The notes below the pieces were generated by a model. The model searched no databases. It was not told the origin of the DNA and saw nothing but the letters and a program-made list of their open reading frames with translations. A stretch of DNA of 63,864 bases, the filler included, from Octopus bimaculoides (taxonomy: Eukaryota): assembly GCF_001194135.2 (NCBI RefSeq). It is 5 parts of 5 records of this genome, joined end to end, with 100 filler letters (N's around TTAATTAATTAA, not from the genome) between each part and the next. Parts side by side here need not be neighbours in the genome. Positions count along the whole stretch, not along the records: positions 1 to 30,447 come from NC_068984.1; 4 more parts are not named here. One strand, written 5' to 3'. Each line of letters starts with the position of its first letter. Position 1 is the stretch's first letter. Of this stretch, positions 12,628 through 24,504 are shown piece by piece. Position numbers and translations under genes: made by a program.

Positions 12628-13039
12628 ATATGTTTGTGTGTCTGTGTTTGTCCCCCCAACATCACTTGACAACTGATGCTGGTGTGTTTATGTCCCTGTA
12701 ACTTAGCAGTTCGGCAAGAGAGACCAATAGAATAAGTACTAGGCTTCGAAAGAATAAGTCCTGGGGTTGATTTGCTCGACTAAAGGTGGTGCTCCAGCAT
12801 GGCCACAGTCAAATGACTGAAACAAGTAAAAGAGTAAAGAGAGTATATAATAACTGGTTTAAGAAAAAAATTAATGCTTCTTTGTCAAATTTATTGGTAA
12901 TGCTAAATGATTGTCTTACTGCTCATCATGGCGTTTTCATTCAAACACACAAAAATCTCATCTCACTCTTTCTCGCAGAACCCCTAGGAACCTTTTGCAG
13001 AACCCTAGGGTTCCGGAGAACCCTGGTTGAAAAACGCTG
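12171..13039. mobile_element. Non-autonomous hAT (Charlie-like) element with nested retroposons
   Basis: TIRs TAGCGTTCCTCAACC / GGTTGAAAAACGCTG, perfect 8-bp TSD GTCTACAG at 12163-12170 and 13040-13047, subterminal GAACCCCT motifs. Confidence 0.8.
12406..12845 (+). mobile_element. tRNA-derived SINE, family A (internal microsatellite, CR1/L2-like tail), full length
   Basis: A box GTGGCTGTGTGG, B box GGTTCAGTCCC, CCTTGGGCAAG, central (TA)n(TG)n, tail CCAGCATGGCCACAGTCAAATGACTGAAAC plus (GTAAAAGA)n. Confidence 0.9.
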
Positions 13040-13149
13040 GTCTACAGGAACATTTAGAATTAATGTGACTATCAATAACATAGTCACAAAATATTTTAAA
13101 CTTAAAAGGGTAGAAATTAACAAGTAAATATAAAGATATTCATTTGTAC

Positions 13150-13431
13150 CTGATAATCTTCTTGTAGTTGATGTACATTTTGTCTGGAGGAAAATTTCTT
13201 GGACCATTCCTTATATTTTGCTTCAGTCTGATCTAGGAAGACCAAGATACCAAACCTAGATTTTTGGAATGTTAACATGGACATCTTATCAGGAACCAGA
13301 TTAGTGACCTGTTGTAATCTTCCATGCATGTGTTCAATCTGAGCAGAAGGCAGTTTCTCTCCTTGGTAGACACCTTGTGACTTGATTTTAGCAAAGAATG
13401 TCGAATAGGTTGGTAAATCTTTAAATAGTTC
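13150..13431 (-). CDS. SYNE1: Nesprin-1-like exon (ELFKDLPTYSTFF...HQLQEDYQ)
   Basis: CTTTTTATAG acceptor and CAG|GTACAA donor; 282 nt, phase 0-0, open reading frame. Confidence 0.88.
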
Positions 13432-14129
13432 CTATAAAAAGATGGAGAAATTCGAAATAGTGAATCAAAATATGGAAGATATTCATCAATCTGGATTTGG
13501 ACAAAAAATATAAACGAAAAGAAAATTACAAATTAAGTAAAAGGAATAATCCATTGAATATTATTGTTCTTATTCTTGCAGTAGTGTTATACTGGGATAG
13601 CACAATCTTATTGTACAATAAAAGCCAAAGTAGCATTTAGATATGATTCACAATGTTTTGGGGTTTTTCCTACTATAGCCACATAAAACAATCAATGAAA
13701 GCATGGTATGTGCTACCAAATAATATTCATCCGCAAGAGCTGGTTGTGCTTCTTTTTTTCTTTTTAATAATGTATTCCTAAAATGTTTATATACATTCAA
13801 GGAATTTAAAAAGACTGGATCAGGTCATTCTTATACAAGCACTGAAGCTAAATGCTCAGGTAAAAGTTGATGACGAGGAAGAGGAGGATGAAGAAGATGA
13901 TGATAATGGTAATTATGATGGTAATTAGGACGACCATTATCTAAAATATGATGATCATGATACTGATGGGCATAGCATGAGGAATATGGTGATAGCGATG
14001 ATGATCATCTAAATTATGGTGAAGATGGTGTGATTACTAAAATGAGGTGTGATAATGATGATAAAGATTGTAATAGTAGTGGTAGTGTCGGTCTGCAGCA
14101 GCAGTAGTAGTAGTAAAAATATTTCTTAC

Positions 14130-14441
14130 TTGGTGTTCAACAGTTAATCCGTGTATTTTCAAAATCATTTTGTTTGGATCTTCAACAACATCTAAATTTC
14201 TCTCCAAAAATTCTTCAGCTTTATATAGCCATTCTGAAAAAGCACCGACTTCTCCAGGTAGACTCCTGTCTAGTTTCAATAACCAGAGATGGATTTTCTT
14301 CTGCACAGAGAGCCATCGTTCTTGCAGCATTTTGTAATCTTCCAGTGTAAGCTTCAGAGATTTCTTTGATAAAATTTTCTGTTTTAGACTTCGGTACACT
14401 TTGTATTCAACATCATATTGGACTTTGAATGCCATGAATTC
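14130..14441 (-). CDS. SYNE1: Nesprin-1-like exon, spectrin-repeat region (EFMAFK...WLLKLDRSLPGEVGAFSEWLYKAEEFL...VEHQ)
   Basis: TTCTTCAG acceptor and CAA|GTAAGA donor; 312 nt, phase 0-0. LDxSLPxxxGxxxxWLYxAE resembles the conserved nesprin-1 motif that follows CH2. Confidence 0.92.
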
Positions 14442-14477
14442 CTGAAGAACAGATGAAAATTCAATTTAAATTATGGC

Positions 14478-14655
14478 TGTAGGGGTGGCTGTGTGGTTAA
14501 CAAGCTTACTTCATAACCTTATGGTTTTGGGTTCAGTCCTACTGTGCAGTATGTTGGATAAGTATCTTCTACTGTAGTCTCAGGATGACCAAAGACTTGT
14601 GAGTGAAGTTGATAGACAGAAACTAGAAGAAACCTGTCTTATATGTATACATAAT

Positions 14656-14721
<66 letters not shown>

Positions 14722-14945
14722 ATGCCTTTGTCTTGACATCATGTGATGTTTGTGAACAAGCATCACTGTCATACAACTTTGTTTCCAGTCTTCTGTGAAA
14801 AACACACTTGAGCATAAGGAAATATTACCTTACCTGGAAATGGGTGAGGACTGGTTACAGAATAAGCATCCACCCATAGAAAAGCTACTTCAATAGGTTT
14901 TGTCTGACCCATGCAAGCATGGACAAATAAACATTAAATGATGAT
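14478..14945 (+). mobile_element. SINE with family-A head but a different, (ATG)n-ending tail; second copy at ~18570-18960
   Basis: Same A/B-box head and body up to (TG)n, then a tail ending ...GCATGGA...CATTAAATGATGATG. Confidence 0.65.
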
Positions 14946-16278
14946 GGTGTCTGTCTGTTTATTTGTTAGTTTTATGTCTATTTTCCTATGTTTCCATGAA
15001 ATGGGTGAATATATTATTTTGAGACAGTTTTACAGCTGGATGCTCTTCCTAATGCTAACCTTTACCTGCTTTCCAAGTAAGATATTTACAAGGTTTGGAA
15101 AAATTATAAGATTTTTTGTTGTTGTTTAATTTCCTTTTTAAAGATGTTAAGTTTCCCAATAAATTTAAATATTGTAAAATTAACTATTGTTGGTTGGGTT
15201 AGTGGGGTTGTTTTTCTTTGGAATGGTACATTTTGAGGCTTGCTTCCAAATGTCAAAGTATATCCCCATAGAGGGTGAGAGATTAAAGAACATATATAAT
15301 ATAATAAAACCATATAATAGCATTTAATAATGTCAACATAACTAATATATTAAAGAATAAAACAAGTAGTAACATTTAGTAAATGTTAACAGTGATAATT
15401 ATATAAGATAGCTTTTATTTTGAGCAGTAAGACAAGGAGAACTCGTCTTCCATCAACAGAAATGATAAACCATTATTCCTATGCAACATCTGAATAAGAA
15501 CATTCTAGTTACTTCTGGTTATGTCTGCTACTTTCCTAATTAATCAACAAGTTTAATAAAGGCCTCTAGAAGGTAACGAGAATACTGTGACTACTATGAC
15601 GATATTTCTAAAGTAATTATTTATTTATTTAGGATGACTTGTAGATACATGTTTCTTTTTAAAAAAACTTTACAAGCTGAAAGCTTTACTAAACCAGATG
15701 CATGTGTTGAGTTTTTAAATAGTGAAGAGCTTCAGAAAAATGGGGAAGAGGATGGGCAGTTGAACTCAACTAAGCAGACAAAGGAACGTCTTTGTGCCCA
15801 TCTCCTTCAAATCACACTCTACTATATGAGCAAAAGAAGGATAATGTTATCCTAGATACATTATGGTTAGTCCACATTACTCTGTAAGGAACATAGAGCT
15901 GGTTTCCCAGTTTCTCTGGCATATGTAATTCCTCCCTGGATGGGAGCCGAGTGGACTGGAGCAGTGTGAAATGAAGTATTTTGCTCCAGAACACAATGCA
16001 TATTGCCAGGTCCATGAATCAAAACCAGTTGGCTGGGTGCTCTCCCTAACACCAACTACTTAACAGAAGGTGCTGGGTACTTTTTGCACTGTTTTCATTT
16101 ATAGATGAAGAGTAAGATCCCCAGATATTACATTCTTCACTCTTTGCAGCAACTGAATTCATCAAACAACTAACTGGCACTGACAAAGACCATCACAAAT
16201 TTCCCCAGACTCCAGATTTCTACCCAATATTCTCTACATAAGTACAAGAGGAGAAAATACATAATATACTACAATAGA

Positions 16279-16657
16279 GTGGAGGCACAATGGCCCAGTG
16301 GTTAGGACAGCGGACTCATGGTCATAGGATTGCGGTTTCAATTCCCAGGCCGGGCATTGTGAGTGTTTATCGAGCGAAAACACCTAAAGCTACACAAGGC
16401 TCTGGCAGGGGATGGTGGCGAACCCTGCTATACTCTTTCACCACAACTTTCTCTCACTCTTACTTTCTGTTGTGCCTGTAATTCAAAGGGTCAGCCTTGT
16501 CACACTGTGTCATGCTGAATATCCTCGCGAACTACGTTAAGGGTACACGTGTCTGTGGAGTGCTCAGCTACTTGCACGTTAATTTCACGAGCAGGCTGTT
16601 CCGTTGATCGGATCAACTGGAACCCTCGACGTCGTAAGCGGCGGAGTGCCAACAACA
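16279..16657 (+). mobile_element. tRNA-derived SINE, family B, full length with TSD
   Basis: A box TGGCCCAGTGG, B-box-like GGTTTCAATTCC, (CAA)n tail; 11-bp TSD ACTACAATAGA at 16268-16278 and 16658-16668. Confidence 0.9.
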
Positions 16658-17477
16658 ACTACAATAGAATCGTGTTCCATAACAAACTGGATTGCTTAGC
16701 TTAGTACAAGAATCTTTATCTTCATGTAGTGATTAAAGTAAAAGATATGCTTTGTCTAGCCCTATAAAACTATGTGAGAACACTAATTATGCAGAAAAAT
16801 AAAATACACCTCATTACGGTGCATATTTACTGGCAGGTAGTCACGATCATTGCAAATGAATTTTCTATGATCATCTCACATCTTAACGAAAGTAAGATTA
16901 TGTAGTTCACTTGAAGCAATGTTATTGAAGTGTCACGAAAGAATGCCAGACAAAAGCCATCACATGATGAAGAATGAGAAAAATAAATTTATTCATTTAT
17001 TCACTATTTTTCTATAATGACTTCTAATTGTAAAATCAAGCATTTATAATTTTAATTTTTCATTAAAATCTCTTTTTTTTCTCTCTCTCTAATGTCATTA
17101 TTTCATTTTAAAATTTAGCAACAGATACTGAATAAAAATATTTTTCCTTTTTCTTCAGCATTATGCTTCCCAGAATTGCAATTCCCTGGAACTCCCAGCT
17201 GGCTCAAGTTTTCCCCACAGACATCAACCAACAGAAATGCTATCATAACAACCTCACCAATCTGGAGGTAACTCTCAAGTCTGAGAACCACCCTCATCCT
17301 CAGATTAAAATTAAAAATTGTGATCTCCACAGACTGTATTATGTTAATTGCCTATGTTTACTTCATGGTCTATAATTAACTACATTGTCTATATTATCTT
17401 TATGGTCTATATTAATACTATCAGTTCATCATCTCTATAAACTATTCAAATTAAGTTTTTACTTATCTACTACATAC

Positions 17478-18039
17478 GTGGAAAATCGGTGTGTGTTTGC
17501 TTGTGGCGTTGTTAGCTAACTCCTCCTACATCGTTTTATTGATTTTGATGAAACTTGACACGTGAATAGAACTCATGTCTGGAAACCTCGTGACATACTT
17601 AGATTGTTGAAAAAAATCGATAATACGGCCCCTGGAAGGGATATTTATATCCACCTCACATGACTAATTTTTTTAAATACCCAAGGGAAATAACCCATAG
17701 CACCTGCACTTAAAGTTGTTAGTTTTTAGCAGAGCAATCAATATTTGATTCTTACGATCAGTGCACCTAATTTTGCATTTCACTGCTCACAGTTTTCAAT
17801 TGATAAACCTTATTATTGCATTTTCTTGATGCATGTACACTTTCAATGCCCATAACTCCAATGATTCTGCATTTTTCCAGTTAAAATTTTTTGATGACAG
17901 TACATAAGTACATAAATTTTTGATTCCAGAATGTATTTAATAAGTGTGTCCCAATACAGTGAACTCATATATTGAATTCTTAAAATTCTTAAAAAATGAA
18001 ACCAAACTTCCACACCACATTCATTTGGGACACCCTGTA
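17478..18039. mobile_element. Degenerate DNA-transposon fragments (Helentron/HINE-like at ~17478-17835; Tc1-like end at ~17840-18039)
   Basis: AACTCCTCCTAC...GATTTTGATGAAACTTGACAC motif; reverse-complement TACAGGGTGTCCC terminus at 18027-18039. Confidence 0.35.
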
Positions 18040-18372
18040 TCACTTATACTTATTTTACAAATCATAATATTTATTGCTTATTTATATATAATGACTCTTC
18101 TAACCTCTTCTAGGCCACCAGGAGCTGGAATGGAGAAAACAGACCTCCAATGAAATCATTTGTTCTCAACAATATGTCTATCCTTCTGGCTGCTTTTCCA
18201 TAGTTATAAAAACAAAACTCCATAAGCCACAGGCAGTTACTGAGAGACACCGTTTCTGTCAGAGAATGATGGGAAGTTTCAGGAGGATCAGCATCGAAAG
18301 GGTTAAAAGTGTATAAAAACATCACTTCTAAACAAAATGGCAAAAATTAAAATGTTTTAAAACAAGTCTCAC

Positions 18373-18513
18373 CAGGTATTCTGGATCACGATCAGTGAGT
18401 GGTTGATAAATAATCTGCAGGGTTTCCTCTGCAGATTCTAACCATTTTAAGAGATCTTGGAATTGTTGGAGTTCAGCCTCAGGTGTATTGGCAGATTTAC
18501 GTTTTTTCCTCAC
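18373..18513 (-). CDS. SYNE1: Nesprin-1-like exon (VRKKRKSANTPEAELQQFQDLLKWLESAEETLQIIYQPLTDRDPEYL)
   Basis: TTTATTTTCAG acceptor and CTG|GTGAGA donor; 141 nt, phase 0-0. Helical segment with a spectrin-like LxxWLxxAE motif. Confidence 0.85.
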
Positions 18514-19099
18514 CTGAAAATAAACAAAGGAAATTATAAATTTAAATATGTAAACACATTTTAATAGATGTAGGCATGGCTAGGTGTTTAAGAAGTTTGT
18601 TTCCCAACCATGTCTTTTCACGTTCAGTCCTGCTGCATGGCACCTTGGAAAAGTGTTTTCTACTATAGCCCCAAACTTTTGAATGGATTTGGAAGAGAGA
18701 AACTGAGAGAAGCCTGTCATGTGTGTGTATGCCTTATCTTCATGTCACATAATAGTTGTAAATGAGTGTCACCATCATACAAGCAATGTCGTTCATTTCC
18801 AGTCTTTTATAGAAACATGCCTTGTCATGAGGAAATACTACTTTGCTAGGAAACAAATGAAAGTTGGTGACAGGAAGGGCATCCGGTCACAGAAAATCTA
18901 GCTCAGAGAGTTCTGTTTGAGTTCTTCAAGCATGGAAAAGTGAACATTCAAATGATGACGGTTTTTGAATTTTAGATAAAATCATGGAGAGAATATTTTT
19001 AAAATGGCTTATTATTCAGAGACAAATTAACCTAGTATCACTATATCACCAACCTTGGCTGTTTATTCTATGGCTGTAAGATGGTGATGATAATGATGG

Positions 19100-19146
<47 letters not shown>

Positions 19147-20245
19147 CAAACAACATCATTAAAGATGGTGCTGGTGCTGGTGCTGGTGACAAAATACAAA
19201 ACCAATTGGAATGTTTCTCAAATAAATCAACTCATTTAAGTGCCACAACAGATCATCATCATTTAACATCTGGCTTTCATGCTGGCATGAGTTAGATGGT
19301 TTGACAGGGTCTGACAATTTGGAAGACTGCATCATACTCCAATGTCTTCTTTGGCATAGTTTCTAAAACCTGGATGCTCTTCCTAATATCAACCACTTTA
19401 CAGAGTATGCTAAATGATTTTTTTTTTCATGGCACCAGCACTAATGATGATTGTTGCATAATTGGCAAGTCTAAGGGCCTAAAGTGACCCCTATAAAAGA
19501 GAGAGAATAGAAGAGAGGATGGGTAATGACTCTAGGAAGAGAGGAAGTAAGAGAGGAAGCTGGAGGAGTATGACAAGGGAAGGGATTAGTGACAGAGTTG
19601 AGAAAAAGATAGGGGTAGAGTTGAAAAGGTGATAAAGTGAGTTGTGTAAAGGAAAGGGTGAATGAATTAAGGGTCAGGGTAAAGCAAATTGTCAGAAGGC
19701 CAGTCAGTGCCAAGCTGGGTCATGCACCTCACAATATTCGATTCAGTGCATTACTAGGGTAAAAGATAGAAAGAACTAACTTGAGATTTCATTTCATCAA
19801 GATCAGTAAATAAATTAATTAAACTCTATTACACACAAGAGAAATATTTTCTCCAAGACTGCCGCTAGAAGTTGACAGGAGATGAAAAAAGAAAAAAAGA
19901 CTTTGTGATTAATTGATTCTGTAATTACACATCTAGCTGAACAGCAGGAAATGTTTAGGAAAACAGAGGAGTGTTATTAAAAAGTTTATATTCAAAGAAT
20001 GGCTGATGTTTTTGAGGGCTTCACCTAGCTTTCATGAATGGTCACAAGAGAATTTCTATAAAACATCAAACAAAATGAAATTTATTCTAATCTAGTTGCT
20101 GTCATCAACATTCCTGTCACTTTCATCATAGTCATCACTGTCATCATCATCATCATCAATATCATCATCATCGTTGCCATTACCAACATTGTCATCATCA
20201 TCATCAACATCATCATGTCATCATTATCAACATCATCATTGTTGC

Positions 20246-20295
<50 letters not shown>

Positions 20296-20599
20296 CCATC
20301 ACCAACATCATTATCATTTGAATGTTCACTTTTCCATGCTTGTAGAGGTCAGATGGAATTCATTGAAGCAGACTTTCTACGGCAGCATGCTCTCCCTGTC
20401 ACAAACCCTTACCTACTTCCATATAAAAGTAATAATCCCTAAGTCTATCAAACAAAAAAAAACAGTCTAAACATAGTTACACACACAGTGAAATGAAAAC
20501 AAATGGCATTAACTGAATGAGTCCCTTGTTTACAAAGAATATGCAACTATAACAGCAGGCCAACCAAAACCTTGAAACTGGTAATTACAAACTGAAGAA

Positions 20600-20935
20600 G
20601 CCTGGCATGTGTGTGTGTGTGTGTGCATGCATGTTTGTATGTGTGTGCACGTGCGTGTGTAAATGTGTGTGTGCATGTTTGTATGTGTGTGTACATGTGT
20701 TTGTAAATGTGTGTGTGTGCGTGTTTGTGTGTGTGTGTGTGCATGTTTGTATGTGTGTGTGTGTGCATGTTTGTATGTGTGTGTACATGCATGTGCAAAT
20801 GTGTGTGTGTGTGCGTGTGAAAATGTGTGTGTGTGTGCATGTTTGTATGTGTGTGTACATGCATGTCCAAATGTGTGTGTGCGTGTGTGTGTATGTGTGT
20901 GCGTGTGTGCATGCAGGCTTGTGTGTGTTTGTGTG
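20600..20935. repeat. Degenerate (TG)-rich cryptic simple repeat; similar blocks at ~24230-24840, 25830-26130 and 54140-54530 (CA-rich)
   Basis: Read directly; these blocks explain the His/Thr/Cys/Val-rich spurious ORFs. Confidence 0.9.
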
Positions 20936-22284
20936 AATCAATTCATACTACTCCTCATTTTGATGTGTGTTTGCTGACTGTAAGCAATCAGCTGCGATGG
21001 CATGTTCAGGCCTCTCGACACCACCAGCTGATTGCAAGCAGAGGATATCACCTGTATTGATAGTGAGACTGTTGTTTACAGTCAGCAAACACACATAAAA
21101 ACGAGGGATAATATTAATTGACACACACACAAACATACACAAGCATGCATGCACACACACACACACACACATGCACGCATATGCACAAACACACACCTAC
21201 ATATTTATGCCAAGATTCGTCTGTTTGTAATTACCAATTTCACTCACACAGTTCTGGTCAACCTGCAGCTAAATAATATAGGACATTAGCCAACAATATC
21301 CATATGGTGGCACTGAAGCCCTAATAACATGGTTCTGAAATGGACTTCTAACCACACACTTATGCTTGCATATCATCATCATCATCATCATCATCATCAT
21401 CGTTTAACATTCGCTTTCCATGCTGGCATGGGTTGGACAGTCTGACTGAGGATTGGCAAGCCAGTAGGCTGCACCAGATTCCAATCTGATCTGGCAAGGT
21501 TTCGACAGCTGGATGCCCTTCCTAATGCCAACCACTCCGAGAATGTAGTGGGTGCTTTTTACATGCCACTGGCGCGGGAGCCAGTCAGGGAGCATTGACA
21601 TCAACCACATTCAGTTGTTGCTTTTTACGTGCCACTGGCACATTTTATGTGGATATAAATAAAAAAACAAGGATCAAAGGTCCTTCCTGAGCCATGGGCT
21701 CGTAAGTTCAGTTTCCCAGATGCTGTGACATATATATATATTCCTCCACTGAGCAGGATACTGATCTGTTGCAGGATTACTCATTGTTGCCAGCTGAGTG
21801 GAGTGGAGCGATGTGAAATGAAGTGTTTTGCTCAAGAACACAATGCATCACCTGGTCCAGGAATTGAAACCACAATCTAAAACCATGAGAGCAACACCCT
21901 AACCACCAAACCATGTCTCTCACCTGGTTGTAAATAATTATATACATTCATTGTTGGTCATCTATTTTTCACGTTCTGCTAAAATACAACAGTACACTTC
22001 AGAAAAATACCTCATCAAACACATGAAGAAGAAACTATTTTCCAGCTTTTAACTAGCTTCATCTCTGACACTATTTATGTCACATAAGTAAGAGCATTCA
22101 GCTATGGCCCTGATTCAGCTAATTGGTCAGTTTTTTACTTTATGTCTAATCCTTTGAATCTGCAAGTATGCTTTATAAGATACGGTTTCATTTGATTATA
22201 CCAGTGGTACTCAACTGGGGTTCATATGATCCATGTAACATTTTGTAAAAAATTATCTGCAATAAATTGGTTATACTTCTACAA

Positions 22285-22752
22285 TCTCTTTTACTCTTTT
22301 ACTTGTTTCAGTCATTTGACTGTGGCCATGCTGGAGCACTGCCTTTAATCGAGCAAATCGACCCCAGGACTTATTCTTTGTAAGCCTAGTACTTATTTTA
22401 TCGGTCTATTTTGCTGAACCGCTAAGTTACAGGGACGTAAACACACCAGCATCGGTTGTCAAGCGATGTTGGGGGGACAAACAGACACACAAACATACAC
22501 ACATACACACNNNNNNNNNNNNNNNNNNNNNNNNNNNNNNNNNNNNNNNNNNNNNNNNNNNNNATATATATATATATATATATATATATATACGACAGGC
22601 TTCTTTCAGTTTCCATCTACCAAATCCACTCACAAGGCTTTGGTCGGCCCGAGGCTATAGTGGAAGACACTTGCCCAAGATGCTACGCAGTGGGACTGAA
22701 CCCGGAACCATGTGGTTCATAAGCAAGCTACTTACCACCCAGTCACTCCTAT
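22285..22752 (-). mobile_element. SINE family A, young copy (contains an N gap in the internal microsatellite)
   Basis: Full reverse-complement head-to-tail match; CpGs largely retained. Confidence 0.9.
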
Positions 22753-23526
22753 GCCTACAATACACAAAATATTTTAACAATTTTTTTATGCAATTCCTAA
22801 TAATAAATATAATTATAAAAATTGTTAGTTGCTATAGTTAGTAATAAACATTTAATGATTGCAGTTCCCTTGATGTAAATACAGATTGTGGTTCTGTTGG
22901 TTTAAGCAATTAGTGATTGGATACTTGCTACTGATGAAGCCCAATGAGGCTGAAATACATATTTAGGAATGCCACCAATGCTGCTAGATGATTTTCATCT
23001 ACTGCTGTCACATAGAAAAGCACCCATGCTGGTACCACATAGAAAGCACTTGTGCTGGTACCACATAAAAAGTACCCATGCTTGTGCCACAGAAAAGCAC
23101 CTGTGCCAATGTCACATAAAAAAAGTACCTGTGCTGGTGTCACACATAAAGCATCTATGCTTGCAGCATGTAAAAATCACCCAGAAAATTCTATAAAACG
23201 GTTGACATTAAGAAGGGCATCCAGTAGCAGAAAATATGCCAAAACAGACAATCGGAGCCTGAGCAATTCCTGTCAAACTGTCCAACACATGCCAGCATGG
23301 AAAAACAGATGATGATGACGATGATGATGATGATGATGACAAATACCACAGCTTTTCAGGTTTTTTACAATGTATCTATTCACAGTATCATACCCAGACT
23401 GCTTCGAGATCACATCAAGTTCTCTTGATGTAAACACTTAATGAGTTTCGCTCAGTTAGTATAAACACTCAGCAAGTGTGGGTCTTTTAATATGCAACCA
23501 ACGATAAAGAAATAACTTGTACTTAC

Positions 23527-23618
23527 TTCGGGATCTTCTCCAGCTTCAGGATAAGCCTTAAGAAATTGTGCAACGTATGTCATGATGGATTTCTCGTCGG
23601 GTTTTGGTACGTCAACAT
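23527..23618 (-). CDS. SYNE1: Nesprin-1-like exon, CH2 C-terminus (DVDVPKPDEKSIMTYVAQFLKAYPEAGEDPE)
   Basis: TTACAG acceptor and GAA|GTAAGT donor; 92 nt, phase 1 to 0. PDEKSIMTYVAQFL is characteristic of nesprin/calmin CH2. Confidence 0.95.
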
Positions 23619-23677
23619 CTGTAAGTGAACAAAGAGATGCAGAACAATTATAACTCTGACACAAAACAATCCTAAAG

Positions 23678-23850
23678 GCGCAGGTGTAGCTGTGTGGTAA
23701 GAAGCTGGGTTCCCAACCACATGGTTCCAGGTTCAGTCCCACTGTATGGCACTTTGAGCAAGTGTCTTCTACTATAGCCTCAAGTCAACCAAAGCCTTGT
23801 GAGTGGATTTGGTAGGCGGAAACTGAAAGAAACCCATCGTATATATGTGT

Positions 23851-23902
<52 letters not shown>

Positions 23903-24115
23903 CTGTGTGTCTTTCTTTGTTCCCTATCACCACTTGACAACCGGTGTTGGTGTGTTTATGTCCCTGTAACTTAACAGTTCGGCAAAAGAGACCAAGTACT
24001 AGAAAAAGTATTAGGCTTAAGAAATAAGTCCTGGCGTCAATTTGTTCAACTAAAAAAACACTTCGAAGTGGTGCTCCAGCATGGCCACAGTCAAATGACA
24101 GAAACAAATAAAAAC
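23678..24115 (+). mobile_element. SINE family A
   Basis: Full head, (TG)n and tail. Confidence 0.88.
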
Positions 24116-24466
24116 ATAAAAGGAAAGAATTTCTTTCATTCATTTTGCCAATGTGATTAGCAATTTGGTCGTGGTCTTCGTCCTTGTTTAAGCTCTTGCA
24201 GCCAAGTGACAAGGATGAGTGACTACGAGTGTAAGTGTGAGTGTGACTGTGCATGAGTGTGTGAGTATGCAGGGTTGTATGTGTGTGAATTTGTGTGTTT
24301 GCATAAGTGCAAGTATCAGAGTGTGTATATGTAAGTGTGTATGTGTATGTGAGTGTATGTGTGTGCATATGTAAGTGTGAGAGAGCAGTGTGTATGCATG
24401 GGTGTATGTATATGTGTGATTTGGCCTGAGTGTGTATGTATATTGAGTGTGTGTGTCTGTACATGG

Positions 24467-24504
<38 letters not shown>

